Position numbers and translations under genes: made by a program. The notes below the pieces were generated by a model. The model had not been told where the DNA came from, did not search any database, and saw nothing but the letters and a program-made list of their open reading frames with translations. A DNA stretch of 64,000 nt from Chloroflexota bacterium. Its GTDB lineage: Bacteria; Chloroflexota; Dehalococcoidia; Lucifugimonadales; Australimonadaceae. This document shows, piece after piece, positions 1 through 8,464 of the stretch (the first letter of the stretch is position 1; each line of letters opens with the position of its first letter). The stretch is from assembly GCA_028874795.1 (NCBI GenBank), contig JAPPHT010000060.1, positions 15,498 through 79,497 on the forward strand. The letters are read 5' to 3'.

Positions 1-356
1 GGGATGACCGGCACCGCCGCCCAGAGCCCGAGACTCCAGGAGAAGGACATGAAGTACTGTCCCCAGATGACGCGTCTGCGCGGGAAACCCGCGAACCGGG
101 GGTCCACCTAGCGCCCTCCGCTCGCGGGGACCGCGCCGGTCCCGCGCCAAGCGAGGGCGACCACTGGCGTAAACAGCGGGGAGGAAGCGCGGGTTAGAGC
201 GGTGCGGGACACGGCGGGAGTCTACACCTTTGCTGCTCCGCTCCCTCGCTGCCTGCTCAAGACTCACCGGGCTATACTGTGTGGTGAGCCGCAGCGCCGC
301 CACCGCCTCCCGCAGTGCTTGCAGGTGCGTGTCCGACGGCGCCCCCGGAGGGCGAT

Positions 357-557
357 ATGCCGAAGCAGTACCGGCTGCCGTATACGTTGAAGGGGCCGTC
401 TGAGGAGACGGAGGAGATGTACCTGGCGGAGGTCCCCCTCCTGCCCGGTTGCCGGGCCTGGGGCGCGACCGCCGACGAGGCACTGTTCAACTTGGAAGGC
501 GTCGCCGCCGATTTCATCGCGTCCTACAAAGACCACGGAGACACGCAGCTCACATAG
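357..557 (+). CDS. hicB: HicB-family (UPF0150) antitoxin-like protein
   Basis: Internal ATG of ORF 315..557. The 66 aa sequence MPKQYRLPYTLKG...YLAEVPLLPGCRAWGATADEALFNLEGVAADFI has the typical HicB N-terminal domain pattern (xVPxLPGCxxxGxTxEEA). Confidence 0.6.
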   Translation: MPKQYRLPYTLKGPSEETEEMYLAEVPLLPGCRAWGATADEALFNLEGVAADFIASYKDHGDTQLT

Positions 558-704
558 ATGGACAGGACAAAGGTGGTGGAACTGCCCGGGTAAGGCGTCA
601 CGAACTCTGATCCTGCCGGCCACGAGCGTCTCCCTGAGAGATGTTTCGACTACGCCTCAGGCTACGCTCAACATGACATACATGAACAGGATAGGGGTGG
701 ATTG

Positions 705-1220
705 ATGCTGCGCAGCCTCGGCGGGAAGAGCCCGCAGGTCCACCCCACCGCGTTCGTGAGCGAGTTCGCCTACGTCGTCGGCGACGTGCGCATCGGCCCG
801 TACGCGTCCATCTGGCCCGGCGTCGTCCTCCGCTCGGACCGCGGCACGATGACCATCGGCGAGGGCACCAACATCCAGGACGGCTCCATCTGCCACGCCG
901 ACGGGGACCTCACCATCGGCGACTACGTAACGCTCGGCCACGCGGTCGTCTGTCACGCCGAGACGGTGGGCGACCACTGCCTGCTGGGCAACAACTGCAC
1001 CCTCAACGACAAGTCAACGGTGGGCTCGTGGTGCATTGTTGCGGCGGGCGCTGTGCTCCTGGAGGGCCGCAGCGTGCCCGACAACTCCATCGCCGCGGGC
1101 GTTCCGGCTAAGGTGCTCGGCCCGCTCACCGACAAGCACCACGAGCTGGTGCAGTTCAACGCTGACGAGTATGTCAAGCTCGGCCAGGAGTACAAGGCGG
1201 AAGGGATGTTGGAGGGGTAG
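705..1220 (+). CDS. Gamma carbonic anhydrase family / left-handed beta-helix (hexapeptide repeat) protein, YrdA/PaaY-like
   Basis: ORF 702..1220, with ATG at 705. It has hexapeptide repeats (IGPYASIWPGVVLRSD, IGEGTNIQDGSICH, IGDYVTLGHAVVCH) and the typical C-terminal helix PAKVLGPLTD...EYV. Confidence 0.85.
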   Translation: MLRSLGGKSPQVHPTAFVSEFAYVVGDVRIGPYASIWPGVVLRSDRGTMTIGEGTNIQDGSICHADGDLTIGDYVTLGHAVVCHAETVGDHCLLGNNCTLNDKSTVGSWCIVAAGAVLLEGRSVPDNSIAAGVPAKVLGPLTDKHHELVQFNADEYVKLGQEYKAEGMLEG

Positions 1221-1238
1221 GGAGGTTGCCAGTCGGCC

Positions 1239-1583
1239 TCAGCCGAGTCCCAGGACGAAAGAAAGACTGTCCGCTATCTCCGCCAGGCGTGCATCGTTCA
1301 CCTGTCCCATGCGGTGGGAGAGTTTGGCCGTGTCCAGCACGCGGATGTTGTAGCAGAGTGCGACTGAATCCTGCCGAAGTCCCCCTTCACCGGCAGGGAC
1401 GTCCACTGTCACGGCGGGTTGCCTGCGCTGCGGCTGGGAAGTGAGCGGAACGACGATGGTGAGGTTCGGTGCGTTGGCTGCATCTTCCTTGACGATGACG
1501 ACGGGTCGCTGCATCGCCATCTCTCTGCCGGTCGGTTGGCCCAGGTCCGCGAACCAGACTTCTCCACGCAGGGGTTCGGCCAT
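1239..1583 (-). CDS. mazF: Type II toxin, MazF/PemK family endoribonuclease
   Basis: 114 aa with RGEVWFADLGQPTGREMAMQRPVVIV...IVVPLTS, matching the PemK/MazF signature. Confidence 0.85.
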   Translation of the reverse strand: MAEPLRGEVWFADLGQPTGREMAMQRPVVIVKEDAANAPNLTIVVPLTSQPQRRQPAVTVDVPAGEGGLRQDSVALCYNIRVLDTAKLSHRMGQVNDARLAEIADSLSFVLGLG

Positions 1584-1586
1584 GCT

Positions 1587-2084
1587 TCAACGGGCCTCGG
1601 TTTCGTTGTACTCCGCTTGCAACCGAGCCTCTTCACGAAGCAGGAGCGCGGCGTAGTCCTGGAGCCCCGCATCGGCGAGCAACACGTCTTCCTCGGTGAC
1701 GTTTACATGCACCACGGAATGAGGTTCCCGCTTGTAGATGCCCGCCCGGTGCCCAGCTGCCGACGCGGCCTTCGCGTAGTCTGCGGCGCGGTCAGCCTGC
1801 CTCGCAGCTCGCTCCATCGCCTCCGGCGTCCCTTCCTCAAGGGAGCCAACCGCGGCAGAGAACTGCTGCGACCACAAGCCAAGCGCAGCGTCGATCTCGC
1901 GCAGTGCAGCATCCCCCAGCCTCGCGGCCCCCAGGCGACGCTCCACCCTGCGGGCGGTGTGGAGGCTGGACATGAGGGCGTTGCCGCCGTCCACGCCGAG
2001 GCGCTCGTGGGCCTTGGGCGCCAGCGCCTTGACGAAGGCGTCGTCCATATCAGCGGTATAGGTGTGCTTTGCGGCGTCGACCAT
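1587..2084 (-). CDS. Putative cognate antitoxin of MazF (atypical, about 165 aa, no domain recognised)
   Basis: Internal ATG (MVDAAKHTYT...) of ORF 1587..2132. It stops 3 nt before the mazF start on the same strand. The call rests on position only. Confidence 0.45.
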   Translation of the reverse strand: MVDAAKHTYTADMDDAFVKALAPKAHERLGVDGGNALMSSLHTARRVERRLGAARLGDAALREIDAALGLWSQQFSAAVGSLEEGTPEAMERAARQADRAADYAKAASAAGHRAGIYKREPHSVVHVNVTEEDVLLADAGLQDYAALLLREEARLQAEYNETEAR

Positions 2085-2239
2085 GTCTGGCTCCTCGATG
2101 GCGAGGCTATAACACAAGCGTATCCCATGCAAGTGGAAGGGTGGTGGCGATTCGACCGTTTCACTTCTCGGAAGTGGCGCTGCGACCGCGGGTACGGACT
2201 GGTCGTAATGTCATCATACCGTAAGCGCACTATGGGCAG

Positions 2240-3742
2240 ATGTCACTCCAATGTCATAAAGCGTGCCTATGCAGCAGGGCTTCTTCCGTGTACTGTGAGA
2301 TTCGAGCCGTCTGCTCAGCGGGGCGGCCCCACAGCTTCCGCCATGGAGGGCATCCCATCTCCGCCCCCGCCCACTTCGCCGCAGCCCTGCTCGCGCTCGT
2401 AGCCCTGTCCCTGGTGGCCTGTGCTCCTGTCGAGGCGGACCTCGAGGGCACTGTCGAGGCCCAGGTTCGTGAGCGGGTACAGGCGACCATCGATGCGATG
2501 CCCACGGCCAGTCCAACGCCAACGCCCACGGCTGTCCTCACACCGACGGCTACTCCGACACCCGTGAGCACGCCAACGCCAGCCGTTATGGCGACGCTCA
2601 CGAGCGCACCGACGCCGACGCCGGTGCAGTCGGGCCGCGATCCTTACACAGACGGCCAGCCGCCGCGCTTCCTGTGGCACTATCCAGACCCGCCAAGAGG
2701 ACTGACCGCAAGGGGCGTCTCAGGAGACAGCGTCATACTCGAATGGGAACCCACCTATGGAGCGTCCGGGTACGACGTCCTGTACTACGCCTACACCGAG
2801 GCCCTTACTCACGAGGAGCTGGCGAACAGCGAAGACCACGCTCTCTTCGATAGCGCATTCGCCTCCACGGGGGACCTGTTTACGACAGAGGCATCCCAGG
2901 AGATATCGGGCCTGGACTGTGAACAGACATACCTGTTCGAGGTCCGCGCCCTGGGCGGCGGCGTCTACATCGATACCGTCTATCCGGCCCGGAAGGACTA
3001 CGGCCCGCCCTCCAGGGTGGTCGTCTCGCCCTGCGACACCAGGCCAGCGATGTCTGAGACCCATACCGGACTGTTCCCGGACGGCGGGGACGACTGCCTG
3101 ACCCGGTTGGGGCACTGGCCGCCGTTCCAGGCGGTCTACTCGTACTTCCATCCCGAGAGTTGGACACACGATTGTGCGGACGGGGAGTACTACGAGTCCA
3201 GGCTGCAGCTCAAGCACATCGACTACAGGGGACCCGTCGATCACCGGACAACCGTGATCGCGGACCTGGACTGGGCGCACGATGACGTGCGCTGCAGCGG
3301 CGGGGGAGTCGCGCTGGACGGCGTCGGGTCGTACGAAGAGCAGAAAGGGTTGGTCCACACGACCTACGACGCGATAGACGTTCGCGCTCATGTCGAACGC
3401 GGAAAGGTGCTTTCCGTCAACTTCGGTGGCGACCTCACCTCGAACCTCTACTATGTCGAGGGCATCTATGGACGAGACAACGCGCTGGCAGAGGCGGCAC
3501 TCCTCCTGTTGGGCATCGACCCTTCGGTGGGCATCGAGCGGCCGGAAGGCGTCACGGAGGACCATGACGGCGTCTGCTACCGGAACGTGTGCGCGTCAGA
3601 GGATGCGGCCATACGGTTCGGTGACGACCTCGTAACGAATGACCGGTTCCAGATCCCGTTGGCGTTGCAGAGCGTGTCGCGCACCGGCGATTCGATCAGG
3701 GTGCACATGCTCTGGATAGACGCGGAGCGGGAGGTCCGGTGA
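2240..3742 (+). CDS. Secreted lipoprotein with Pro/Thr-rich linker and FN3-like domain, unknown function
   Basis: Hydrophobic segment AALLALVALSLVAC (lipobox-like LVAC), then a PTPTPT linker, then LTARGVSGDSVILEWEPTYGASGYDVLYY (fibronectin-III-like). The start is uncertain; an in-frame GTG at 2288 is plausible. Confidence 0.6.
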   Translation: MSLQCHKACLCSRASSVYCEIRAVCSAGRPHSFRHGGHPISAPAHFAAALLALVALSLVACAPVEADLEGTVEAQVRERVQATIDAMPTASPTPTPTAVLTPTATPTPVSTPTPAVMATLTSAPTPTPVQSGRDPYTDGQPPRFLWHYPDPPRGLTARGVSGDSVILEWEPTYGASGYDVLYYAYTEALTHEELANSEDHALFDSAFASTGDLFTTEASQEISGLDCEQTYLFEVRALGGGVYIDTVYPARKDYGPPSRVVVSPCDTRPAMSETHTGLFPDGGDDCLTRLGHWPPFQAVYSYFHPESWTHDCADGEYYESRLQLKHIDYRGPVDHRTTVIADLDWAHDDVRCSGGGVALDGVGSYEEQKGLVHTTYDAIDVRAHVERGKVLSVNFGGDLTSNLYYVEGIYGRDNALAEAALLLLGIDPSVGIERPEGVTEDHDGVCYRNVCASEDAAIRFGDDLVTNDRFQIPLALQSVSRTGDSIRVHMLWIDAEREVR

Positions 3743-3845
3743 CGTACCCTACAGGAAGCGAGCCTATCGGAAGCTGGGTGACATCAGCCTGCCGGGGACC
3801 GAGAGCACCAAACGTCTGTCACCATAGACCTCAGGAGGACCACTG

Positions 3846-5738
3846 ATGCGCCTGGCCGCCTTGCTCACACCAGCCCTGCTCGCAGTACTGCTTGTTCCTG
3901 CGGCTGGCTGTGACGGCCCGGCGCCTACAGCAACGCTCGTCGCAACACCACTGGTGACGCCGACGCCGAGCACGACGCCTACGCCCATCGCGACGCCTGT
4001 GCCCTTGCCGACGCCCGCACCCCTGGTGATACCCGCGCCCCTGGTGATACCTACGGCCACTGTGACGCCGACCGGGACGCCCACCCCAACTCCCACGCCA
4101 ACGCCCACTCCGACCGCGACTGCGACGCCTACGCCAACGGCGACGCATACACCGACGCCCACACCGGTGCCGGCCGTACCGGTGGAGATCAAATCGGACG
4201 GCGAGCTGATCATCCACGGCAGGGGCACGGCCCGCTTCAGGATGCAGCTAGAGGCCGCACCGCATTACTTTGACTTCGGGATGTGGGACGCGACCGGCGC
4301 GGAGCAGAGCGCGGATGCCGCGGAGGTCACCTTCGGGCCGGCGACCGTGTTTGCAGGCATAGCGCGGGACCAGTACCGCAGGCAGAGGCACGACGTCAAC
4401 GAGAGCTGGATGGCGAACGGGGAGACGGAGGTCTTCATCAAGGCGGGGCCCGACGACCTGTGGTTCTTCTTCATCGCCGGGCCGGACAACAGTCCGAGAG
4501 AACTGGTGCTCGTGCCGGACGCGCCGCCGTACGCGCCCACCCCGTGGCTCAGCTATACGGACGGCGGCAGGCGGCTGGCCTTCCTGTATGAGGAGCACCC
4601 GGACGCGGTGAAGCGCATCAGGGCGCTGCCGTGGGCCGTCGACGGGCTGGGGCCGATGCCCTCGGCCAGACATGAGGCCGCGTGGGGACTCGCCAACGCT
4701 AGGTGGGCCGGTGAAGCGCCGTTCGAGCGGCTCATGGCCAAGGAATGGGTACAGGACGAGGAGATCACGTACGCGGAGGCGTTCGCCATCGACGACCTCG
4801 CGAGTATCGGCCACCACTCGCCTGAGAGCGTGGAGCAGTTGCTCGGCATGCCGTTCCTGGACACCGTGGAGACGCTCGACTTCTGGGCGCTCAGCGCGCT
4901 GCAGTCTCTTGCGCAGGACGGTGGGCTCGAAGACCTCCTCGCACACCCCGCGCTGGCCGGCGGCATAACGGACGAGCAGACGGACATCATCACGTTGCTG
5001 GGCAGCTATTCGGCCTATCGCGCGTCCGACCTGTTGGACACCGACCGCGTGGTCACCGTGCGGCGCACCGTGGACCTGCCCCTGCAGGATGGGGTGCCGT
5101 TCTCGGTCATATGGCCCGGCGGTTCTGGCACGGTCGCGAAGGCCGAGCGGACGATGGAGATCGCCATCGATGCGGTGACGCTGTTCGAGGAGTACATGGA
5201 CACACCGTACCCGCGGCCATACGTCATCGTTGTGGTGGCTGACCGGACGGGCGGGGGCGGCGGCAGGATCAGCGTGAACCGGCAGTACCACGACAGCGAG
5301 GACATCCTGTCGCACCAGGCGGCGCGCACGTACTGGTCGTTCTGGCCGAGCTGGATCGCGAACGGGGGGGCCACCTTCATGAGCCTCTACTACCAGAGCA
5401 CCCGTGCCGACCGGCCGCTGCCGGCGCCGGACGTGTGCGACAGCTTCGCCAACATCAGGCAGTTCGAGGCCGCGGAGGTGTCGTACAACCACCCCTGCAG
5501 CTACAGCCTGGGCTCAGCGCTGTTCCTGGACCTCTACGCTGCGACGGGCCACAACCCGTTCCGGGAGGCGTTCGGCCGGCTGTACACCTGGCTGGACGAG
5601 TTCGCGCTCTTCGCGCGGTGCGGACGCCTCGAGGGAAAGGGCGAGTGCTACGTCAGAACCGCGTTCGTGGAATACATGCCTGAGCACGCAGCCGTCACCG
5701 AGGAGATCATCAACCGGCATTTCCACGGTGGGTCGTGA
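3846..5738 (+). CDS. Secreted lipoprotein with long Pro/Thr-rich linker, unknown function
   Basis: MRLAALLTPALLAVLLVPAAGC signal/lipobox, about 90 aa of (T/A)P repeats, then a roughly 500 aa globular region with no motif I recognise. Confidence 0.6.
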   Translation: MRLAALLTPALLAVLLVPAAGCDGPAPTATLVATPLVTPTPSTTPTPIATPVPLPTPAPLVIPAPLVIPTATVTPTGTPTPTPTPTPTPTATATPTPTATHTPTPTPVPAVPVEIKSDGELIIHGRGTARFRMQLEAAPHYFDFGMWDATGAEQSADAAEVTFGPATVFAGIARDQYRRQRHDVNESWMANGETEVFIKAGPDDLWFFFIAGPDNSPRELVLVPDAPPYAPTPWLSYTDGGRRLAFLYEEHPDAVKRIRALPWAVDGLGPMPSARHEAAWGLANARWAGEAPFERLMAKEWVQDEEITYAEAFAIDDLASIGHHSPESVEQLLGMPFLDTVETLDFWALSALQSLAQDGGLEDLLAHPALAGGITDEQTDIITLLGSYSAYRASDLLDTDRVVTVRRTVDLPLQDGVPFSVIWPGGSGTVAKAERTMEIAIDAVTLFEEYMDTPYPRPYVIVVVADRTGGGGGRISVNRQYHDSEDILSHQAARTYWSFWPSWIANGGATFMSLYYQSTRADRPLPAPDVCDSFANIRQFEAAEVSYNHPCSYSLGSALFLDLYAATGHNPFREAFGRLYTWLDEFALFARCGRLEGKGECYVRTAFVEYMPEHAAVTEEIINRHFHGGS

Positions 5739-5773
5739 TGGGTCCTTCATTCACACGGATTGCCCCGACGGTC

Positions 5774-5859
5774 CCGGCCCACTCACCGACAAGCACTACG
5801 AGTTCGTCAAGATGAACGCGGACGAGTACGTGAACGCGGTGGGTAGTACAGGCCCGTAG
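5774..5859 (+). pseudogene. 3' remnant of a second gamma-carbonic-anhydrase-like gene
   Basis: The translation GPLTDKHYEFVKMNADEYV... parallels the C-terminus of the intact gene (GPLTDKHHELVQFNADEYV, nt 1119..1185). The DNA is roughly 80% identical by eye over about 60 nt, and no upstream LbH repeats are present. Confidence 0.6.
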
Positions 5860-6015
5860 GAACGTCGGAGGGGCTTGAACATCGATGGACAGGATGGGCA
5901 GGATAAGGACTAGTGCGTGATGGCGCTGGAATGGCGGGCGATATCGCTGAATACACTGTGTGTGTCCCGGGATGCGGAGACAGTGTCGATGTACACTAGG
6001 GCACGGAGGCTGGGA

Positions 6016-6264
6016 ATGAACGCCGCATACGTCCAATACAAGGTTAGCCTTACCTGGGACGAGGAAACGAACCAGATGGACGCCGCCATCCCCACGCTCG
6101 GCATCGGCGACTGCGGTCCCGACACCAACACGGCCCTCGATTATCTGCGCGAGATGGCCGCCTTCCACATCGAGTGTCTGTTGGACGAGGGGGAGCGGTT
6201 GCCCGAGTCTGATGAGGGTGAGGGCGTGTACATCCGCGTCCCGCTTCCGGTACGTGCCGGTTAG
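6016..6264 (+). CDS. hicB: HicB-family antitoxin
   Basis: Internal ATG ([53 protein letters not shown]) of ORF 5917..6264. It lies directly upstream of, and overlaps, a HicA-like ORF. Confidence 0.65.
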   Translation: MNAAYVQYKVSLTWDEETNQMDAAIPTLGIGDCGPDTNTALDYLREMAAFHIECLLDEGERLPESDEGEGVYIRVPLPVRAG

Positions 6265-6469
6265 ACCCCTCCCACCGCGCGAGGTGCTGCGCCGCCTCCA
6301 TCGCGCAGGTTTCGTCGAGGTACGCCAACGAGGCAGCCACCTGCGCCTGCGCCACGTCAACGGCAGGAACGTGACCGTGGCCCTCCATCCGGGCGATCTG
6401 ACGCCGCTGAGGATTCGCGACGTACTCCGACAAGCCGGTCTTACCGAGGAAGAATGGGACGATCTGTAA
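6254..6469 (+). CDS. hicA: HicA-family mRNA interferase toxin
   Basis: [27 protein letters not shown]...[25 protein letters not shown] matches the HicA/YcfA pattern (GSHxxxxH, lkqagl). A GTG at 6254 overlaps the hicB end by 11 nt. Confidence 0.7.
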   Translation: MPVRPLPPREVLRRLHRAGFVEVRQRGSHLRLRHVNGRNVTVALHPGDLTPLRIRDVLRQAGLTEEEWDDL

Positions 6470-6490
6470 CGCCGCTCCCGGCGCGCGGCG

Positions 6491-6880
6491 TCAGCGGTCG
6501 CTGGCGAGCGGGTGGTCGTAGACGATGCGCCGTTTCCAGTAGGGGTGCTGCTCAGAGATGGAGTCGAGCCCGTCGATCATCTCCTCATAGCGCGGGAGTT
6601 CCTTGATAGAACGCCACCGGCCCGCTTGCTCGTCGAAGTACTTCCATCTCGATGGCGGCCCGGACCTCCCGGTGGCGATCCTGTAGGCCGTGCCGGGATA
6701 GTAGGCCATCCCTTCGGGCAACTCGTCCTCGGGCCTGGGGTCGGCCAGCCGTACGCCTCCGTTCGGCTGGAGGACGGCGTAGTGCTCCCGGCCATCGCAC
6801 TCGGCGACGATGGGAATCGCGTCCGTTGACGGCGCAGAATCGCCTGCGCAGCGGGACTGAGGTGCTGGACCGTCGAGCAT
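6491..6880 (-). CDS. Hypothetical protein
   Basis: Internal ATG (MLDGPAPQ) of ORF 6491..7003. It shows coding-like codon usage but no recognisable domain. Confidence 0.4.
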   Translation of the reverse strand: MLDGPAPQSRCAGDSAPSTDAIPIVAECDGREHYAVLQPNGGVRLADPRPEDELPEGMAYYPGTAYRIATGRSGPPSRWKYFDEQAGRWRSIKELPRYEEMIDGLDSISEQHPYWKRRIVYDHPLASDR

Positions 6881-7026
6881 GGCTCCTCCGTTCGGGCGGA
6901 GTATAGCCCTGCGACGGGGCGGGGCCGCCTTGAAGCCGCTCCCCTGCCGCCCGTATAATTGGGCCTGCGCCCGCTCGACGTTCCACCGTCGTCGCGCGTG
7001 CATCCCCTACCGAGGAGGCCATTCGT

Positions 7027-8142
7027 ATGGCGAACCTGCGATTGCCCGGCCCCACCCCCGTCCCCCCGGACGTCTACGAGGCGATGAGCAAGGAGATGAT
7101 CGATCACCGCGGCGTCGAGTTTGCCGACATCCTCCGCCGCACGACCGCCAATCTCAAGCGCGCCTTCCAGACCGAGAACGACCTCTACGTTCTCACGTCC
7201 TCCGGAACGGGAGCGATGGAGGCCGCCATCGTCAACACGCTCTCACCGGGCGAGCGCGTCCTCGGGGTCACCATCGGCAACTTCGGGGACCGCTTTCTCA
7301 AGATCGCCGCGGCCTACGGCGCCAGCGTCAACGAGCTCAAGTTCCCGGACGGCGACGTCGCCGATCCAGAGCAGGTGCGTCAGGCGCTGAAGGACGACCC
7401 GGACGTGACCACCGTGCTCGTCACCCACAACGAGACGTCCACCGGCATCACGAACGATCTGGAGACCATTGCCGGCATCGCGAAGGGCGAGTTCGACAAG
7501 ATGGTGCTCGTCGACGCCATCTCGTCGCTCGGCTCCATCAAGCTGCCCGTCGACGAGTGGGGCCTTGACGTGGTGGTCGCGGGCTCCCAGAAGGGCTGGA
7601 TGTGCCCGCCGGGCCTCGCCATGATCAGCTTCAGCGAGCGCGCGTGGAAGGCCGCCGAGACCTCGAAGATGCCGAAGTTCTACTTCAGCATGACAGAGGC
7701 TGAGAAGTCGCTGAAGGCGGGTCAGACCCCGTGGACGCCGGCGATCTCGCTCCTGTTCGGCATGGACTACGCCGTGCGGCAGATGCTCTCCCGCGGCGAC
7801 ATGCAGGCCGTCTACGACTTCCACCAGGAGATCGCCCAGTACACCCGCGACGGCCTCAAGGCCATGGGCATCGGGCTCGTCGCCAAGGACGAGCGTTTCG
7901 CGTCCAACACGGTGACCGCCGCCTGGGTGCCGGAGGGCATCACCGACGAGGCGCTGCTCGCAACGCTCCGCGACGACTACGACATCATCGCTGCTGAGGG
8001 ACGCGGCCTCCTGACGGGGCGGGTGTTCCGCATCGGCCACATGGGGTACGTGAACCAGGAGGACATTGACGACGTGTTCGGCGCGCTGAAGGACGCGTTG
8101 CCGAAGCTCGGGCACCAGCCCGCGGCGGTGGGGCAGGCGTGA
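7027..8142 (+). CDS. PLP-dependent class V aminotransferase (serine-pyruvate/alanine-glyoxylate family; possibly acts as phosphoserine aminotransferase)
   Basis: 371 aa with PGPTPVPPDVYEAM...LTSSGTGAMEAAIVN...SQKGWMCPPGLAMISFS, typical of the AGXT/SerC-like class V fold. It lies upstream of serA. Confidence 0.85.
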   Translation: MANLRLPGPTPVPPDVYEAMSKEMIDHRGVEFADILRRTTANLKRAFQTENDLYVLTSSGTGAMEAAIVNTLSPGERVLGVTIGNFGDRFLKIAAAYGASVNELKFPDGDVADPEQVRQALKDDPDVTTVLVTHNETSTGITNDLETIAGIAKGEFDKMVLVDAISSLGSIKLPVDEWGLDVVVAGSQKGWMCPPGLAMISFSERAWKAAETSKMPKFYFSMTEAEKSLKAGQTPWTPAISLLFGMDYAVRQMLSRGDMQAVYDFHQEIAQYTRDGLKAMGIGLVAKDERFASNTVTAAWVPEGITDEALLATLRDDYDIIAAEGRGLLTGRVFRIGHMGYVNQEDIDDVFGALKDALPKLGHQPAAVGQA

Positions 8143-8183
8143 TCGTCACGCGCCCCCACGACACCCTCCCGCAGGGCCTGGTT

Positions 8184-8427
8184 CACCCTCACCCGCCGCG
8201 CAAGCGCGTCGACCTCTCCCAAGGGGAGAGGTGGGTAGTCGGCCTGAGAGATTCCTCGACTCCGCTGCGCTTCGCTCGGAATGACAAACAAGGGGCGGTT
8301 CGCGGGGACGTTGTTCCTGCCTGCGCAGGAACGACAGGGCACCACGCCCCACCCCGGTTCGCCCTCACCCTAACCCTCTCCCTCAGGAGAAGGGACCAGA
8401 CGAGGTTCTTGCCTGCGCAGGAACGAC
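8184..8427. repeat. Cluster of GC-rich hairpin modules (REP/MITE-like), order F1-F4-F2-F5-F2
   Basis: F1: caccctcacccgccgcgcaagcgcgtcgacctctccc..ggagagg. F4: gattcctcgactccgctgcgcttcgctcggaatgac. F2: gttcctgcctgcgcaggaacgac (twice). F5: ccctcaccctaaccctctccctcaggaga. Copies of these modules recur at 10 other loci in the window. Confidence 0.85.
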
Positions 8428-8464
8428 GGAACGGGGCGGTGCAGCGCGCCGCCTGGAGGATGAC

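Noticed and set aside
1-110. Open frame at the window start (plus strand to the TAG at 108..110, or a minus-strand ATG at 47..49 reading out of the window: MSFSWSLGLWAAVPVI)
   Set aside because: It is too short and truncated by the window edge to decide strand or function.
3900-4170. Short periodic acgcc/ccgac DNA repeats (also at 2500..2640) that could look like a tandem repeat or CRISPR-like array
   Set aside because: They lie in frame inside lipoprotein genes and encode Pro/Thr linkers. There is no repeat-spacer periodicity of CRISPR size and there are no cas genes.
8184-8427. Hairpin-module clusters considered as possible CRISPR arrays
   Set aside because: The modules belong to different sequence families rather than one repeat. 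Spacing is irregular (0-40 nt), arrays have at most five units, and no cas genes are present. REP/MITE-like elements fit better.
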